This document shows, piece after piece, positions 1 through 13,740 of a DNA stretch of 64,000 nt. A program made the position numbers and the translations under genes. Below the pieces are notes generated by a model. It did not search any database. It saw only the letters and a program-made list of their open reading frames with translations, and was not told the DNA's origin. Source of the stretch: the human T2T-CHM13v2.0 reference genome, Homo sapiens; the NCBI RefSeq assembly GCF_009914755.1, contig NC_060926.1. One strand, 5' to 3'. The stretch's first letter is position 1. Each line of letters opens with the position of its first letter.

Positions 1-703
1 AGACAGAAAAGGCTGTGTAAAGGAGGTGGGACAGTTTGAATTTCCGTAAAAAGTGTTACTATAACACCAAAATAAACTAATCTGTTCTGATAAATGTTAT
101 ATTAATAGGCATCTCCAATAAGGATCTAGGTAGAATAAAATGTCATTGCTATAGTGATTTCAGTCTCAGGAGAATTGAAAATAACTCAAGGGTACGTACA
201 GACCAGACCTTTGACTGCTAAGTTTATTTAGTTAGAAAGCTCTTTGCTGTGGATGCCAGGAGAAGTATTTCAATATACTGAAGATTACAAAATGGAGGTC
301 ACTGAGAAAAAGGGAAGCCTCTGTGGGTGAACAACTTAATTTTTTAACTACCATAAACAAACAGGATAAACATAGAATCTGTCTGAAAAAGACACACTTT
401 CCATTTCTCTTTGCCAAAATCAAATACTGGCCTCCAACTGTGCCAGCATAGGTCAGCAAAGTAACATGGCTGTTGAGTTCTTGGGATCTTAACTACAACA
501 ACAAATTGAATGGAAAAGCTTTTCAGTAACAAGCATTTATGTTTAGATTTTGTCATGTTTTTTATTTTTCTTGGTCAGAGACCAAATTGGTGGAATTTTT
601 AGTAGTGTTTATGACACTGAAAGGCACGTGAAATTTCTGTAAACCATCAATCTTCTGATTAGAAAGATTAAGATTTGTCAAACTGCATTCCTTCCCAAAG
701 TCA

Positions 704-927
<224 letters not shown>

Positions 928-994
928 CTAAGCCTCTGGAGGGTAACAGTAGGCGAGTAGCAGTGAATAGAAGAATGCAAGATTTTTTTACTAC

Positions 995-1500
995 TGTATT
1001 TTTTTTAACTTTTTATTGACATATAACATACATACAGAAAATGCACAAATCTTAAGTTACAACCTGATGAGCTTTTCTAAATTAACACTGGCTCCCAGAT
1101 TAAGAAAGAAAATATTATCAGGACACTAAAAGTTCCATTTATTCCTCTTTCAGTACTTATCCTGCCCCCACCGAGTGTAACCATTACTGTGACTTCTAAC
1201 ACCACAGTAACTAACACCATAGATTAGTTCTGCCTATTTTTAAAATGCATATACATGAAATTACACCGTGTGTACTCTTCTGTATTTGGTTTCTCTGATT
1301 CAGCATTATCTTTGGGAGATTAATGTATCTTGTTGTTTGTGGATGTACTCTGTTTCCAGAATTAATTGTGCATTTGGATGATTCTCAGTATTGGGCTATG
1401 AGAGATGGAACTTCTGTGAACATTCTTGTACATGGCTTTAGATGAATGTATGCATTTCTATTAGATATTTTCCTTGGAGTGGAATTGCTGGGGATGCTTA
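995..1500 (-). mobile_element. Old L1 (L1ME-type) 3' fragment
   Basis: TTTTTATTGACATATAACATACATACAGAAAATGCACAAATCTTAAG...GAGTGGAATTGCTGGG resembles an antisense L1ME 3' end. Confidence 0.7.
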
Positions 1501-1579
1501 TATCCTGTGTGCTAGCTATCGTATCTTTATTTGAGAATAAGCAGAAGTAGTTTCTCACAAAGAATGGCTACATACAAGG

Positions 1580-1752
1580 TCAGTTATAGAATGTACAGGT
1601 TACAGTGCAAAATAAAAATGCAAGGCCCCTTTTTAAAAAGCAGGAAAAAAGTGCAGTTCAAGGTATAAAGTTTTTTTCTTTCTTCCATGATGTTTTTCTT
1701 GACTTGTCATGATGATTTTTAATTGCTATATAATTATATTCTAAGTAAAGAA
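1580..1752 (-). mobile_element. hAT-Tip100 element end (MER45B-like)
   Basis: CAGTGCAAAATAAAAATGCAAGGCCCC...AAAAAGCAGGAAAAAAGTGC...GACTTGTCATGATG...TTCTAAGTAAAGAAAA matches the reverse complement of the recalled MER45B terminus. Confidence 0.7.
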
Positions 1753-3118
1753 AAGCTCCAGATTCCTCATTCACAGTCAAGAAGAGTGGTGTGTTCAGAC
1801 TCTAGGAGGACATTTCCAGTTATCTCCATGGACTTCTCATCTGTAGAGTGGGGCATGGCCAGAGCAGTGCCAGAGAAGGGACCAAGGTAGAGTCCCCCAG
1901 GACCCAGCTATAGGGACAGTACTGCCCCCACCCTAGCTACTACCAATATCACCCTCACACGTTGACTCACCCACCTATCATTACTCCCTGCCCTATAATA
2001 TTCTGCTCCCTGATTTTCTTTATCTCAAAGAAAGGCTCTAGTTGTTACCACTCTGTAACTTTTATAGCTTCTCTTTGTTTTTATGAACTATGATAAATGC
2101 AAGTTTGGCTTATGGTAAAAGATGTTTTTGCTTGTTCTTGTTTCAGCAGTATTAACAGAAAGCACACTGAGCAACAGAACGTGTTCTTGGGATAATTTGA
2201 AGAAAAATGCTTTTGATATAAGCAGACCCTGTCTTCTAGGGACTCTAGAAATAATTTAATTAAACTCCAACTTTGCCTCGCAGCACTTGAGGACTACAGA
2301 CAATTTTGTCCTCTTAGTTCATTGCTTCTACAGCTTAACCTGTGTTTCCCAAAGTAGTCATCTAAATTTCCATTTTTTAAATAGATGTAAATGTGGATAA
2401 ATGCTTACACCTTCTGGTACATTAACAATGGGTACAAGTAAGGGGTAGTTTCTAGTCATTTGTTTTTATCCAAATGTCTCAAACTGATGAAATCCAATTT
2501 CTTAGAAGATAACTACGAAAATTGTAGGCTGATTAGACACATTTTGCAGCTATCTTTTAGGACCTGATTATCAAGCTGGAAGTGGGGGAAAAGCAGTACC
2601 AATTTAGAGTATCAACACTGAAGAAAACATTGAATAAGAGATGAAAATATTCCGACAGGGTGATATCAGAGAATGTCATTTTTCATCACAAATTTGGAAT
2701 ACTTTTCCATGCATGTCACAAACCAATCATTTCAACTGAGGTGTTTCAAGTGTCAGCGTTGGCACTTTACCGTGACATTTGTGATCAATCATAGCAATCT
2801 GTACTCACTTCTGAAAGTAAAATCACAGCCAACACTCTATCATCCCTGTTCTGTTGTGCAGACAAACTTTACTGAGCCATAAAAGGTTATTTTTTAAGGC
2901 AACGGATCTGAACCATAATTAATTGATGTTAATAATCCACTTGATGCTGAAGTTCTAGAGCATTATCTGGATTAAGAAAATAGGTAGATGCATATTAACA
3001 GTTTACCATATACACATTCAGTTAGTCATATGCCAAAAATGTATAAGAAATATGCACACATACCCACCTAAAATAGAGTCATGCATGTCAAAACATTTGT
3101 AATTTTCACACATAAAGA

Positions 3119-3560
3119 TGTTATGAGATACAGACCTTCATGGGTCTCTTCATTCCTACATGTGCTGCCGTGTGTGCACCAAGACTGTGGAACCACAACC
3201 ACTTTTTACCCAGGCTACTTCTCACATTATGTTTGCTTCAAGCCACCTTGAGGGATGAGGTAATGTTTCCCATTGGGACAAAGAGCAGGCTTGCCTACTG
3301 TTCACGGTGTAAAATGGGTTCCCAAGCCCAGTGTTCCTCAACTGTGATGCAAAGCCACTGCATGAGCAGTGTCCACCTGAGTCTATGTCACATTGCCCCT
3401 GTGGGACTTGAGGACAAGAAGAATCCATGCACATGTTGATACTCATGCTGCTTGCAGTGCTGTGCACAAGTAGAGTTTTGCTTCTGAACCCAGGAGCCTT
3501 ATGCCTTCTGCCAGCATCCATGATGCCTTAAAAGGCTAACTTCTTGGCTTCTAAGAAGGG
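3119..3560 (+). mobile_element. Solo ERVL LTR (LTR40-type)
   Basis: TG start; CCTTGAGGGATGAGGTAATGTTTCCCATTGGGACAAAGAGCAGGCTTGCCTACTG and CCAAGCCCAGTGTTCCTCA match the recalled LTR40 consensus. Confidence 0.7.
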
Positions 3561-5189
3561 TTAAATCTATTCTACAAAAATGGGGCTCAAATATAAAATA
3601 CTGAAACAAAATAAAAATGAAATATTAAAAAAGAAACTAAGAAAGGGAAGAAAGAGGAAATAAACCAATAAAGAAAGGAAAGGAATAAACTACTTTATGG
3701 ACATCAACACAAGGACATCCAATTTACTGGAAAGTGATGCTCACTCTGTTGTTTTTTTTTTTTTCAGTTAATTTTCCTCTTAATTGTGTGGGCATTCTGC
3801 CCATTTGCTAGCTGGACTAAAAGAGTTGCCTACAGTAGCTGACTTGATGTGTGGCAGAAAGCATTCATTTTAGATAAGATTTTGTAAACAAAACACAACT
3901 GTTGCATTCAATTAAGCAGTGAATACATTTCATCTTGAGTCATAGAAACTATCAGCCAATCGTGCTTCTAAACTGAGAACTTGAAAATCATTAAAAAAAA
4001 TAAATCAACAATTTGACCCAGTGTATCTCAAATATGTGAGACATACATAAAAATTCAATACTTTAACATCTCATTTCATTTGGGCTGGGCCTAAGAGTTC
4101 AATGAGATAACTATAAAGCAGAGCTAGTTAAATATAAACATCTGGATAAGCAAAAATGTAGCTTGACAACTACTATCACAATTACATATGGAAAAGTCAC
4201 GTATGGATTTTACAGCTGCAAGCTAAAAAACAGACACTTGCTCATGGCAAAGTAGACAGGCCCAGTAAGTGAAATTATGTTCTGTTTCGTCTGTCTTCTA
4301 AAAATTAATCTGCTAATTGATTATTTGGACCATCAGCACTTATCAATGGCAGCAGCTTTATTGCTTTTGCTAAATCCAGAATTATTTGGTGTGAAATGCA
4401 TATTATAAAAAACAAATACAAATATACTTATGAAATGCAAATGTAGGCTCACTTATTGATTGCTCTAAATCTGAATATTATACATGTTCTAACTCTTTCA
4501 CCTCTATTCTGAGGTATAAACAAAAAACAGTTCACTAACTTGCTAGGAATTTTTCTTTGCTTGGTATTTCACAGATTTTGATGTTTTGTTATAGCATTAT
4601 CTGTGGAAAACAGATAGAAAAATAAGGTAATTTCATAAGTTCCCTTCTAATTCTAAGACACATAATTTTATAGTTCTAAATTCATGTCTACAGCATGCAC
4701 AAATACACATATTGAAAGGAAACAATGAAAATTTTATATTTAATTAGAATGGGAATTAAAATAAAAGTTTATATTTGTAATATAAAAACCTATCTGTTTC
4801 AATTCTGTGAGATCGAGCACAGGGTAAACAGAATAAAATACTCACTACATTAAGATGTCAGTTAATCAGTATGGTTGAAAATTGGAATTTCTGAGTACCT
4901 AAATTCTCTGGTTAAATAATGGATCTAATTTTCACTTATTAAACTTAATCTAATTTTAATAAATCTAATTATATGGTGATTCCAAGAAGTAGTATATAGA
5001 AACCTGCATTTCAGAAACTCTTCTTGAGTGGCTATAATTTTATCAGTAAATCTATGTACTGTATACCTTTGAAAATATATCACTTTGCAACCATAAGACT
5101 TTAGTCTGATAACCAAATTGTCAACCACACTTTCACGAACGAGATCTCCTGAATACATAAAGTATTCACGTAAAGATGATACACAAAGA

Positions 5190-5330
5190 TGACATGGAGT
5201 AGAACCCCCTGCCAATCTTCAACTGATAATTGACACCCAGTTTAAGCAAGAAATAAATTATGTTTTTTAGTCCACTGAACTTTGAAGGCTGTTTGTCACT
5301 GCAGCATAATCAATCCTATCCTGAATACCA
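5190..5330 (+). mobile_element. MLT1 (old MaLR) LTR 3' fragment
   Basis: GCAAGAAATAAATTATGTTTTTTAGTCCACTGAACTTTGAAGGCTGTTTGTCACTGCAGCATAA resembles an MLT1 3' end. Confidence 0.6.
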
Positions 5331-5924
5331 TAATTCTCATCAGAAACAAATGCCCAGCTATTTTATACTACATGCAATGTCACACTGGTGACTGTCAGTA
5401 GACATTCCACCACTATAGAATCTACCCATCCGAAATATTTGAAAGCGAGAACAGGGGCACATCCTATCAATCATGTAGTTTCCCCTTAAATTAGGAAGAT
5501 AACAAGCCAGTTTTATTCACAGGAAAATCACGTTTTCTGCCTTAAGGTTGCATTCCAAATCAGGCTTTACTGACAACCATCTGGATGCAAGTCAATCATT
5601 AAAAGTTGATTATAGCTATTCATGATTTTTCACAGTAAGTGTCAGAACAACTTGGCAGATAAGGGCACTGTCTTCACTTTAAGAGAAAATCCACAGTGAA
5701 AAACATCTATGGCAACAAGTGCTTGAGAAAAGACCTATTTGTGAACAAATAAATGTGCTCAGGTTTTTGATGGATAAAGGGGAAAAATTAATGTAGCTTT
5801 TAAACACAGAAAAATATTTAAAGGTGGACATTTAATAAATAGGTTATATGTCAGATAACATTCAAATATTAGTACCTACTATTACTTTAAAGACCATTTT
5901 TAAAAGAACGCTGGAACCTTAGAC

Positions 5925-6095
5925 CAGAGGTTCCTAATTATAGGTTTGTTGATCAGCTTTATCAGTATGACTTTGGGGTAAGGGTACTTTTTAATAATAG
6001 GTTCCTGGACCCTGTCCAACATAATAAAGTGAACCAAAGTATTTTTAATAACGTTCCTAGAGAACTTTTGATCCATAATTAGTGATGACTATTAT
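5925..6095. mobile_element. Degenerate MER5-like hAT-Charlie MITE
   Basis: TAGACCAGAGGTTCCTAA start and GGTTCCTGGACCCTG core resemble MER5A. Confidence 0.4.
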
Positions 6096-7261
6096 AGCCA
6101 GCATGTATTTGAAGTGTTAATGCACTTCACTTAATGGAGTATTTATTTTACAATTCCCCTGATACAATAAGAGATAAGTTGAGGCTTTGTATTTTAATGG
6201 ACATTAATATTTAATATTAGCCAATCTTTCTCATATACACAAGAAAACATAATTAAATAAAAAAGAAATGTATATATGTAAATATTCTATTGCCAGTTAT
6301 ATCAATTGCTGAATTATACTAAAATAAATATGGCCACTCTTACCATTAAGACTTAGCAACATATCCCTATCAACAGTTAAAAACAAATCCATTTCTGAAT
6401 TTGTTTTGATACTCACAGTATAAAGAAGACAGTAAGTGTAGGTACATAAACATATTTTCAAATGACTCATATTTGTAAAACCTTAGGCAAAATAATTATA
6501 ATTTAAAAATTTTAAATTTTAAAATATTTAAATTTTATGCTATTTTGATTTCATAAAATAAACCTAAGTTTGAAGATAAAATTGTAACACTATGAAACAC
6601 TCCAGATAATACTTCAATCTTATTTATAAATAACTGGATTTTATCTCTATATGTTTTATGTAGCTATTATTACAGCCAGAGTGTGCCATATCTCATCATA
6701 CATCTGAATTTTACATGTATCCATTAATATAAAAATTATTGCTATTGAATTCTAATTTTCTAAAGCATTTTTTTCCTAAAAATAGTTTCATGGTAAAATT
6801 TTTAAAAAGGCTTTTAATTAAGGTAGAGTTTTGGCAGCAATGCTGTTTCTATGACAACTCATAATTCCAGTTTAGTTCCTTCAATGTAATATTAAAAGTT
6901 AACAACTCTAATTGAGAACACATTTAATGAAATTTTAGGCTTTTGATTTAAAATGACTCTCTCCTTTAAAATAATTTGTCTGAAATATTTTCATTTGCAT
7001 TGAGTTATAGGGACCTGAAGAGAAACTACGTTTGCTTATAATTTTTGAGTTGTTTATATTCTAGAATAGGAAAGTCTAAGTTGGATAATAGTTTCTAGCA
7101 TGCAAGTGTTGCACAACTTTCAGGCAGCTACAGGTCAGTTTGATTGTAACAAGAGCTTTTGAATTATTCTGCTGAGTGCTGATAATAAAAAACAATTAAA
7201 CTATACCAAAATGAAAAGATGTTTTGCAATGTTACTAAAATTCCAAAGAAAGAAGACTTAA

Positions 7262-7345
7262 AGTGGTGTGCAGTGGCTCATGTGCATAATCCCAGCACTT
7301 TGGGAGGCTGAGGCAGGAGGATCACTTGAAACCAGGAATTCAAGA
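7262..7345 (+). mobile_element. Alu left-monomer fragment (FLAM/AluJ-like), no tail
   Basis: CAGTGGCTCATG...TAATCCCAGCACTTTGGGAGGCTGAGGCAGGAGGATCACTTGAAACCAGGAATTCAAGA, then ends; AAGAAAGAAGAC duplicated at the flanks. Confidence 0.85.
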
Positions 7346-7583
7346 AAGAAGACATTAGTAGTGACTAGGGAATAGTTTAGTAGCACAAGTCTAGTTAGTG
7401 AAAAAAAATCAAAAGATTACATGACCTTGTGTCTATATACTATGTTACAAAACTTTTTCCATCTAAGTTTTAAAACGTAAAATCGTATATTAAGAATTTT
7501 TATTAATGTCAATTAGTAATTATTAATGTATTAATATTAAAATAGAGATTTCTCATTGCTGTCTTATGATCTAATAATTTTTA

Positions 7584-7844
<261 letters not shown>

Positions 7845-8293
7845 GCACTATTCACAATAGCAAAGACTTGGAACCAACCCAAATGTCTAACAATGATAGA
7901 CTGGATTAAGAAAATGTAGCACATATACACCATGGAATACTATGCAGCCGTAAGAAATGATGAGTTAATGTCCTTTGTAGGGACATGGATGAAGCTGGAA
8001 GCCATCATTCTCAGCAAACTATCACAAGGACAAAAAACCAAACACAGCATGTTCTCACTCATAGGTGGGAATTGAACAATGAGAACACTTGGACACAGGA
8101 AGGGGAACATCACACACCGGGACCTGTTGTGGGGTGTGGGGAGCGGGGAGGGATAGCATTAGGAGATATACCTAATGTAAACGATGAGTTAATGGGTGCA
8201 GCACACCAACATGGCACATGTATACATATGTAACAAACCTGCACATTGTGCACATATACCCTAAAACTTAAAGTATAATAAAAAAATTAAAAG
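7845..8293 (+). mobile_element. L1PA4/5-like 3' end inserted in the Alu A-tail
   Basis: ORF2 C-terminus and 3'UTR (GGGATAGCATTAGGAGATATACCTAATGTAAA...CTTAAAGTATAATAAA); TSD AAAAAAATTAAAAG. Confidence 0.92.
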
Positions 8294-9269
8294 AAAAAAG
8301 AAAAAAAGAAAAGTGATTCTTAAAAAATAAAGATTCAATGAACTACAGAGAGAGAGAGAGAGCAAGGAGGAAGGAAAACAAAAAAAAACAAACAAACAAA
8401 GAGAGAAATGGGTAAAGGAAAACCAGAAGGGAGAGAGAATAGGACTGGTAGTCTGAACACGTAGATGACATCAATATTTTCAACCATCTCTGAAATCAGT
8501 TCATTGCTGTAAGTCTTCCTAATGTATAGGGAAAAGCTTAAAAAACAGTATTGCATGGATAATCACAAATTCATTGACCTTTCTTTAGAGGAGGAAGTCA
8601 ACCTACAATATTCCAAGACTGAGCTGTACTTGGTTATTTTACTGCCAACAGATTTTGAGCATTGCAGAAAGTGTGTTTATTTATTTATTTATTTATTGGC
8701 TATTAGGATCATTATTATTTAAATAAGAATATCACTATTTCACATATATCAAATCCCAGCAGGAATAATTAACATTAGTAATGTCTGGTGAAAATACTAT
8801 GAGAAATTTTAACTAAAAATGATAAATTTTAAAAATTGTGACTTCGTCACCAATTCTGTTGTATTCTGAATAATATTGGGTTCCAGACTTGATTTTAATT
8901 TAAATTGCTCCATAATGCCTTTCAAAGGCAGCTCCACTGAGTTAAGGCACATGCCTCAAAGAAATAAATGGACTTTTATCAGTAGATCATGAAATATATG
9001 TTAGATTTATAAGCAGTTTGTCCCAAGCTACCATGTGGCTCCACTGATGCCTGCAGATCAAGGTAGGGAAGTCAGCACCCACTTCCTTGTGATGAGCTGT
9101 GTTGCAGTTCTTGCCTCTAAGTGGATGACTATCTCTTGGTTGGCTCTCAACCATTTCTCAGCCACCTTCCATTTTCTAGGCTTGTGTTTTGGGTGGACAT
9201 GATTGCACCCTTCCTCACTTAAAGTTATCTTTTTAGGGACGAATCCGATGATACCACCTTTTCATGTAA

Positions 9270-9750
9270 TCCTGTAATGGCTTCATAGTGTTCGTATGTT
9301 AGGGTTCTGGAAAGCCATGGATAGCCTGATTCTAATCTTCCTTTCCATATTTATCTCCCTCTACTCAGCCACTCTCCCTCAAGGCTCACTTAACCAATCA
9401 CTACTTCTTAAATTTACCTTGTGTTTTATGTCCCCATGCCTTTTCTGATGCCCTTACATCTGCATACTTTCTAAATCTTTATATGCATCAGGAAACTTCC
9501 TTTTTGAAGTTTTGTCTAACCCAACTAATCAGAATTAATCTTGCCTCCTTTGTGCTGTTCTGCATTTATGTTTTTCATCCCTTATCTATTATCTTCTTTT
9601 CCTAGACACCGTGTTTTTCTCCATTGGTATCATCTCTGTGCCTCCTCTAGCACTTTGTTCAGATTTATTTCACAATATTTATCATGCTATATTATAGTTG
9701 CATCTGTATCTTGCTGTTTTCCTATTACACTACGAGTTTTTTGGTAGCAA
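9270..9750 (+). mobile_element. L2 fragment
   Basis: Pyrimidine-rich L2-like 3' sequence (AAAGCCATGGATAGCCTG...CCATGCCTTTTCTGATGCC...CTCTAGCACTTTG). Confidence 0.5.
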
Positions 9751-9761
9751 CAATATTCAGC

Positions 9762-10005
9762 TAATAGCTAACATTTTTTGAAGGCTTACTAAGCGACAGG
9801 CAGGATCCTAAGCAATTTACATACATAAATCCATTTGATTCTCATAACAGTCCTAGAAGGTTAGACTATTATTATCCCCGTGTTACAGATGAGGAAACTG
9901 AAGGAGAGGCAAGTTAAGTAATTTCCTGAAAGTTTTGTTTCTTGTTATTAGAAGAGATGGCATTCAAACTGAGGCCATCTGACTCCATAACCCTAGTTAT
10001 TTAAC
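9762..10005 (-). mobile_element. MIR
   Basis: Core ATTATTATCCCCGTGTTACAGATGAGGAAACTGAAG...GTTAAGTAATTTCC. Confidence 0.85.
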
Positions 10006-10024
10006 TAATTTGCTACACTGCTTG

Positions 10025-10140
10025 TCCTTTCATCTTCCTTCCATTCCCTTTCTTCCTTCCCTTCCTTCCTTTCCTTCCTTCCTTCCTTCCTTCCTCTGTC
10101 CTTTCTTCATTTCTTCCTTTTATTCTTTCTTTCCTTTCTG
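10025..10140. repeat. (CTTC)n/CT-rich low-complexity tract
   Basis: Direct reading: ccttccttcc/ttctttct runs. Confidence 0.9.
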
Positions 10141-11651
10141 ACTTTACAATACTTACTATAATTCCTAACATGTAGCTGTGGATGTTTCTTGAACAAGTTA
10201 ACATTGTTTGAACATGTGTAAGTCTTTGGGAAAGGTAGGCACAGCTTCTTCCCAAGCAAACTCTTTAAAAGTTTAATAAATCTAAGTTAACTTTACATAA
10301 ACAGTTCTGCTTCCTTAGTTTGAAACTGATAATAACCAGAATCCATTTGAAGCAAAATTTAAGTACACTCTTTCAGAGCACACTAACTCACTTAGTGGAT
10401 AGTCTCTTAAAAAGCAAACTCAAAATGACCATGTTAAAACTTGTAATAAATAACAGTAATAAATCCCTCCATCCGATTCTTGATAGGTTTTATTGAGCAA
10501 CTTTATAACGTAAAACTGCTTTTAGAGAGGACAAATTTACAAGCTCTTAGCTGACACATCAATGATTTACGTAAATGACTTTTTCAGTTTTAAATCAGTT
10601 TCTGGGTCTAAGAATTTGGATGCCTAAGTATACAACTGTACTAATGCATTTCCCTCGTTTGAAACATCATTTTCATGCATCAGAAAGATTATTGATGTCA
10701 TTTTAATGAAGTATTTTTTTGTTTGACATCCACATCAGTATAGTAAATGAGTAGTTAAGATCTGTATGGGATTGTATGCCATAGAAACACTTTATGTCAC
10801 TGAGACTAAAGCTCCCAGCGGTCAAGAAAAGTAACAGGGAAAAGGTTACAGAAGGCATTTTCCCATGAGCTTCTATTCCCTGCATTCATAAACCTTCCTG
10901 TCTGAGGAAACTCAGATGATCACACCACACCAAACATTAGCCGGCAAAGAAGGGCAGGCTTATCTTGAGATTGCCAAGGAATGACATGTTTATTTAGCTT
11001 TGTTTCTTGAAGATGGTCCAACGATTTTATACAGTTCAAACCTGCAATTTCTAAATTCTATAGAGCCCTCAAAATGGAACCCAAATACCATGAAGAAAAT
11101 GCTACAAAAGTTTTAATGTAGCATTCCTCTTTCTCCCAATGATTATTCTATGAAAACTACACACTTAAAATGCATGACTCTGGGCTCCTTTTCTTTCCGG
11201 ATTACACCAACTCCAGACACAGACTTTGACACTGTTTTGGAACATTTAACATAGATACGACTTCTGGAGAAGACGTGATGAATTACTACATTTCCTAGTA
11301 CACATTTGTTTGTGATTAATCTTAGATTTCATTATCTGATGTGGAAGAACTGTTGTGTTTTACATGTTTTAAAATATTAACTTCTTTATCCCAGACTTTT
11401 AAATTCGTATAATCTCATCCATCACTCACAGAGAGTGAGGCAATCGGATTTGGCAAGTGTCCCCGTTTAATCTAACTCAGTTTAGGAGCTAACTATAGTA
11501 TACTTAGGAAGTCACTGTGAGCGGGGCAGGGAGACCTCACTGGAACACTCTGAATTGCAAGACCAAACATAGGGATAGAAGGATCCCTTATTCATGTTAG
11601 GTTTGTCTCCATATGAAGCAGTTTAGTGTTTTTTTTTTTTTTTCGTAACTT

Positions 11652-11896
11652 AAGATTGGTTTAACCATTAGACACAGTGGGCATAGTGCCCAGGGCCTAT
11701 GACGCATGTAGAGACCTGCAAAAATATTCTTATTTTAATTTCCTTTAAAATATGACGACAAAGTGAATATAATAGTAATGTATATATTCAAATCAATCCC
11801 ACCTGCATTTTTAGAAGTTTTTTTTTTCCCCCTATGGTGGAAGGGGCCCATGAAGGCAAAAATGCCCATGGCCCAACAAGTCATAATTCAGCCCTG
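11652..11896. mobile_element. hAT-Tip100 MITE (Zaphod/MER115-family-like)
   Basis: Subterminal GGGCATAGTGCCCAGGGCC and GGGGCCCATGAAGGCAAAAATGCCCATGGCCC motifs; ends ...ATTCAGCCCTG, a Tip100-type TIR. Confidence 0.65.
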
Positions 11897-11984
11897 TACT
11901 CAGTTGATCTGCTGTATGGATTCTTGACAAGTTTTAAAATATTACTTGTAAACAAGTCCTGGGTCCTCAAGTTACAAGTTATGT

Positions 11985-12290
11985 CTATTGGACAAATCAC
12001 TTAACCTCCCTGAGCCTCAATTTATTTATCTGTAAACAGGAATAATAATAATAAAGGCTTATTTGTCTGGCATTCTTCTAGATACATTATTAGCATTACC
12101 TCATTTAGTCCTCCAACAACTTGGGAAAGGGTTGAGTAAATGAGACAGACACTGCAATCACCATTACACACCGGCCGAAACTAAGGATCAGAGGTCTGAT
12201 CTGATTCCCCCAAGTACTTACAATTAGTGAGTGATAGTGTAAAGATCTGAATCCAATCTGATTTTAACACTTGCTTTTTTCTAACATCAC
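11985..12290. mobile_element. Two adjacent MIR fragments in opposite orientation
   Basis: GGACAAATCACTTAACCTCCCTGAGCCTCAATTTATTTATCTGTAAA (sense), then an antisense-like CTCATTTAGTCCTCCAACAAC...GAAACTAAGGATCAGAG. Confidence 0.6.
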
Positions 12291-12309
12291 TATGAGGATT
12301 CTGTTATTA

Positions 12310-12404
12310 ACATGATTATTTTTACATGTGTACATAGTACATGTGAAATAATGTTAGATATACGTAATGCATAGTGATCAAATCAAGGTATTTGGGGTAT
12401 CCAT
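12310..12404 (-). mobile_element. Short L1MA-type 3' fragment
   Basis: ATAGTGATCAAATCAAGGTATTTGGGGTATCCAT; ACT(A/G)TGAGGATT duplicated at the flanks. Confidence 0.6.
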
Positions 12405-13549
12405 ACTGTGAGGATTAATAGGCAAAAAATGTGATCTCTAAACACCTAAGTATCATTTAAATATAAAGTATTTAATTGCAAATGATACTTGCTTTTGCTA
12501 ACATTTTTTCCCCAAAGGATTTGTAAATCTAAACATGAGAGTTGTATTTAGATGAAACTACTTGTTTGTCTAATAGGTTTTATTCAAATTTATGAAAGGA
12601 TAGCACACAGCTAAATATTTAGAGGATAAGGAAAAAATATGAATGGCCAGGTTTCCTTTAATTTCTACACACACAGTTCAGCCTCATATCTCTGTGTATA
12701 TTTTTTTAGTCATAACCATGCACATTTTATGAGGAAATTGATAGTAAATCATCAAATTATGTTTTAAATTGCTCACAAAACAGCTGGATCCCTTAAACAT
12801 TAATTTAGCAGGGAACACAGCCACTTTAATAGGAAAATGTTTAAGAGCTACATCACACTTTTTTCGCACTTTTTATCATGAGGAAATCTTAGTTGGGAAA
12901 AGGCAGGTCAGGCACTAACACTGGTAACATAAGGGAACCAAAATTCCCTTGACTTTTCTAGATCCAGGGAGGCTCCTGCTTTTCCCCAACTGCCAAGTTC
13001 TTTGATTGAGGACATAGCAGTGGCCAAGCCATCTACCAAGCAAAAGGAACAGTTTCAACTGCAGGTCAGAAGAAACCCCACAGAATCGTTACTATCCTAG
13101 AATGCTGGTTGTGTAAAGAGTTTGCTTTAGCATCGGTTTTCATTTTATGAAAGAAAAAACAAAGGCCAGGTTGGTGAGGTGAGTTGAGATTAGTGGCAGA
13201 ATTTGCACTAGAATTCAGATGTTTGCTAGTCTGGTACTTTCTTCATAATAATATGAAAAGTATTAGCAAGAAGAACATGTATTCATTCTGCAAATCAATC
13301 CAGAAGACCAATGAAATTATACCATTTACAGACTTATCAGTTAAAGAAGGATGTCCCCCAGGCCTTTTTGTTGGATAAACATTTGTAATCTTATTAAAAA
13401 TTACTGGAAACCATAGTAGTGTCAGCAGTAGCACGGGAAAAAAGTAGAAATAGAACAGAAATAAAATAAAATAATGTACGGTAGCCATCTCACACTAAGA
13501 CAGGAACAGGTGATTACAAAATTTAAACAATAATAGACAATTATAAGAA

Positions 13550-13665
13550 TAAAAAGTGACCAACTGTCCTGGCCTGCACAGGGCTGAGAGGGTTCCCAGG
13601 ACAAAGGACTTTCATGTTAAAACCAAGAAACTCCCATGCAAACTGGCACAAAATGCCTAATATAT
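13550..13665. mobile_element. MER94-like hAT-Blackjack MITE
   Basis: GTGACCAACTGTCCTGGCCTGCACAGGGCTGAGAGGGTTCCCAGGACAAAGGACTTTCA...TAAAACC. Confidence 0.65.
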
Positions 13666-13740
13666 TGTTTCTCTTTAAATTGTCAATTTACCTTTTATCT
13701 TCCTTTTATTTTCAAACTTATCTATAAAAATGTGGTTGTT

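Noticed and set aside
3140-3521. Overlapping 99-aa ORFs that might suggest a processed pseudogene
   Set aside because: Explained by an LTR40-type LTR
4925-5215. 96-aa minus-strand ORF with a possible internal AG/GT exon
   Set aside because: Weak splice sites, no recognisable protein similarity, starts in an MLT1 fragment
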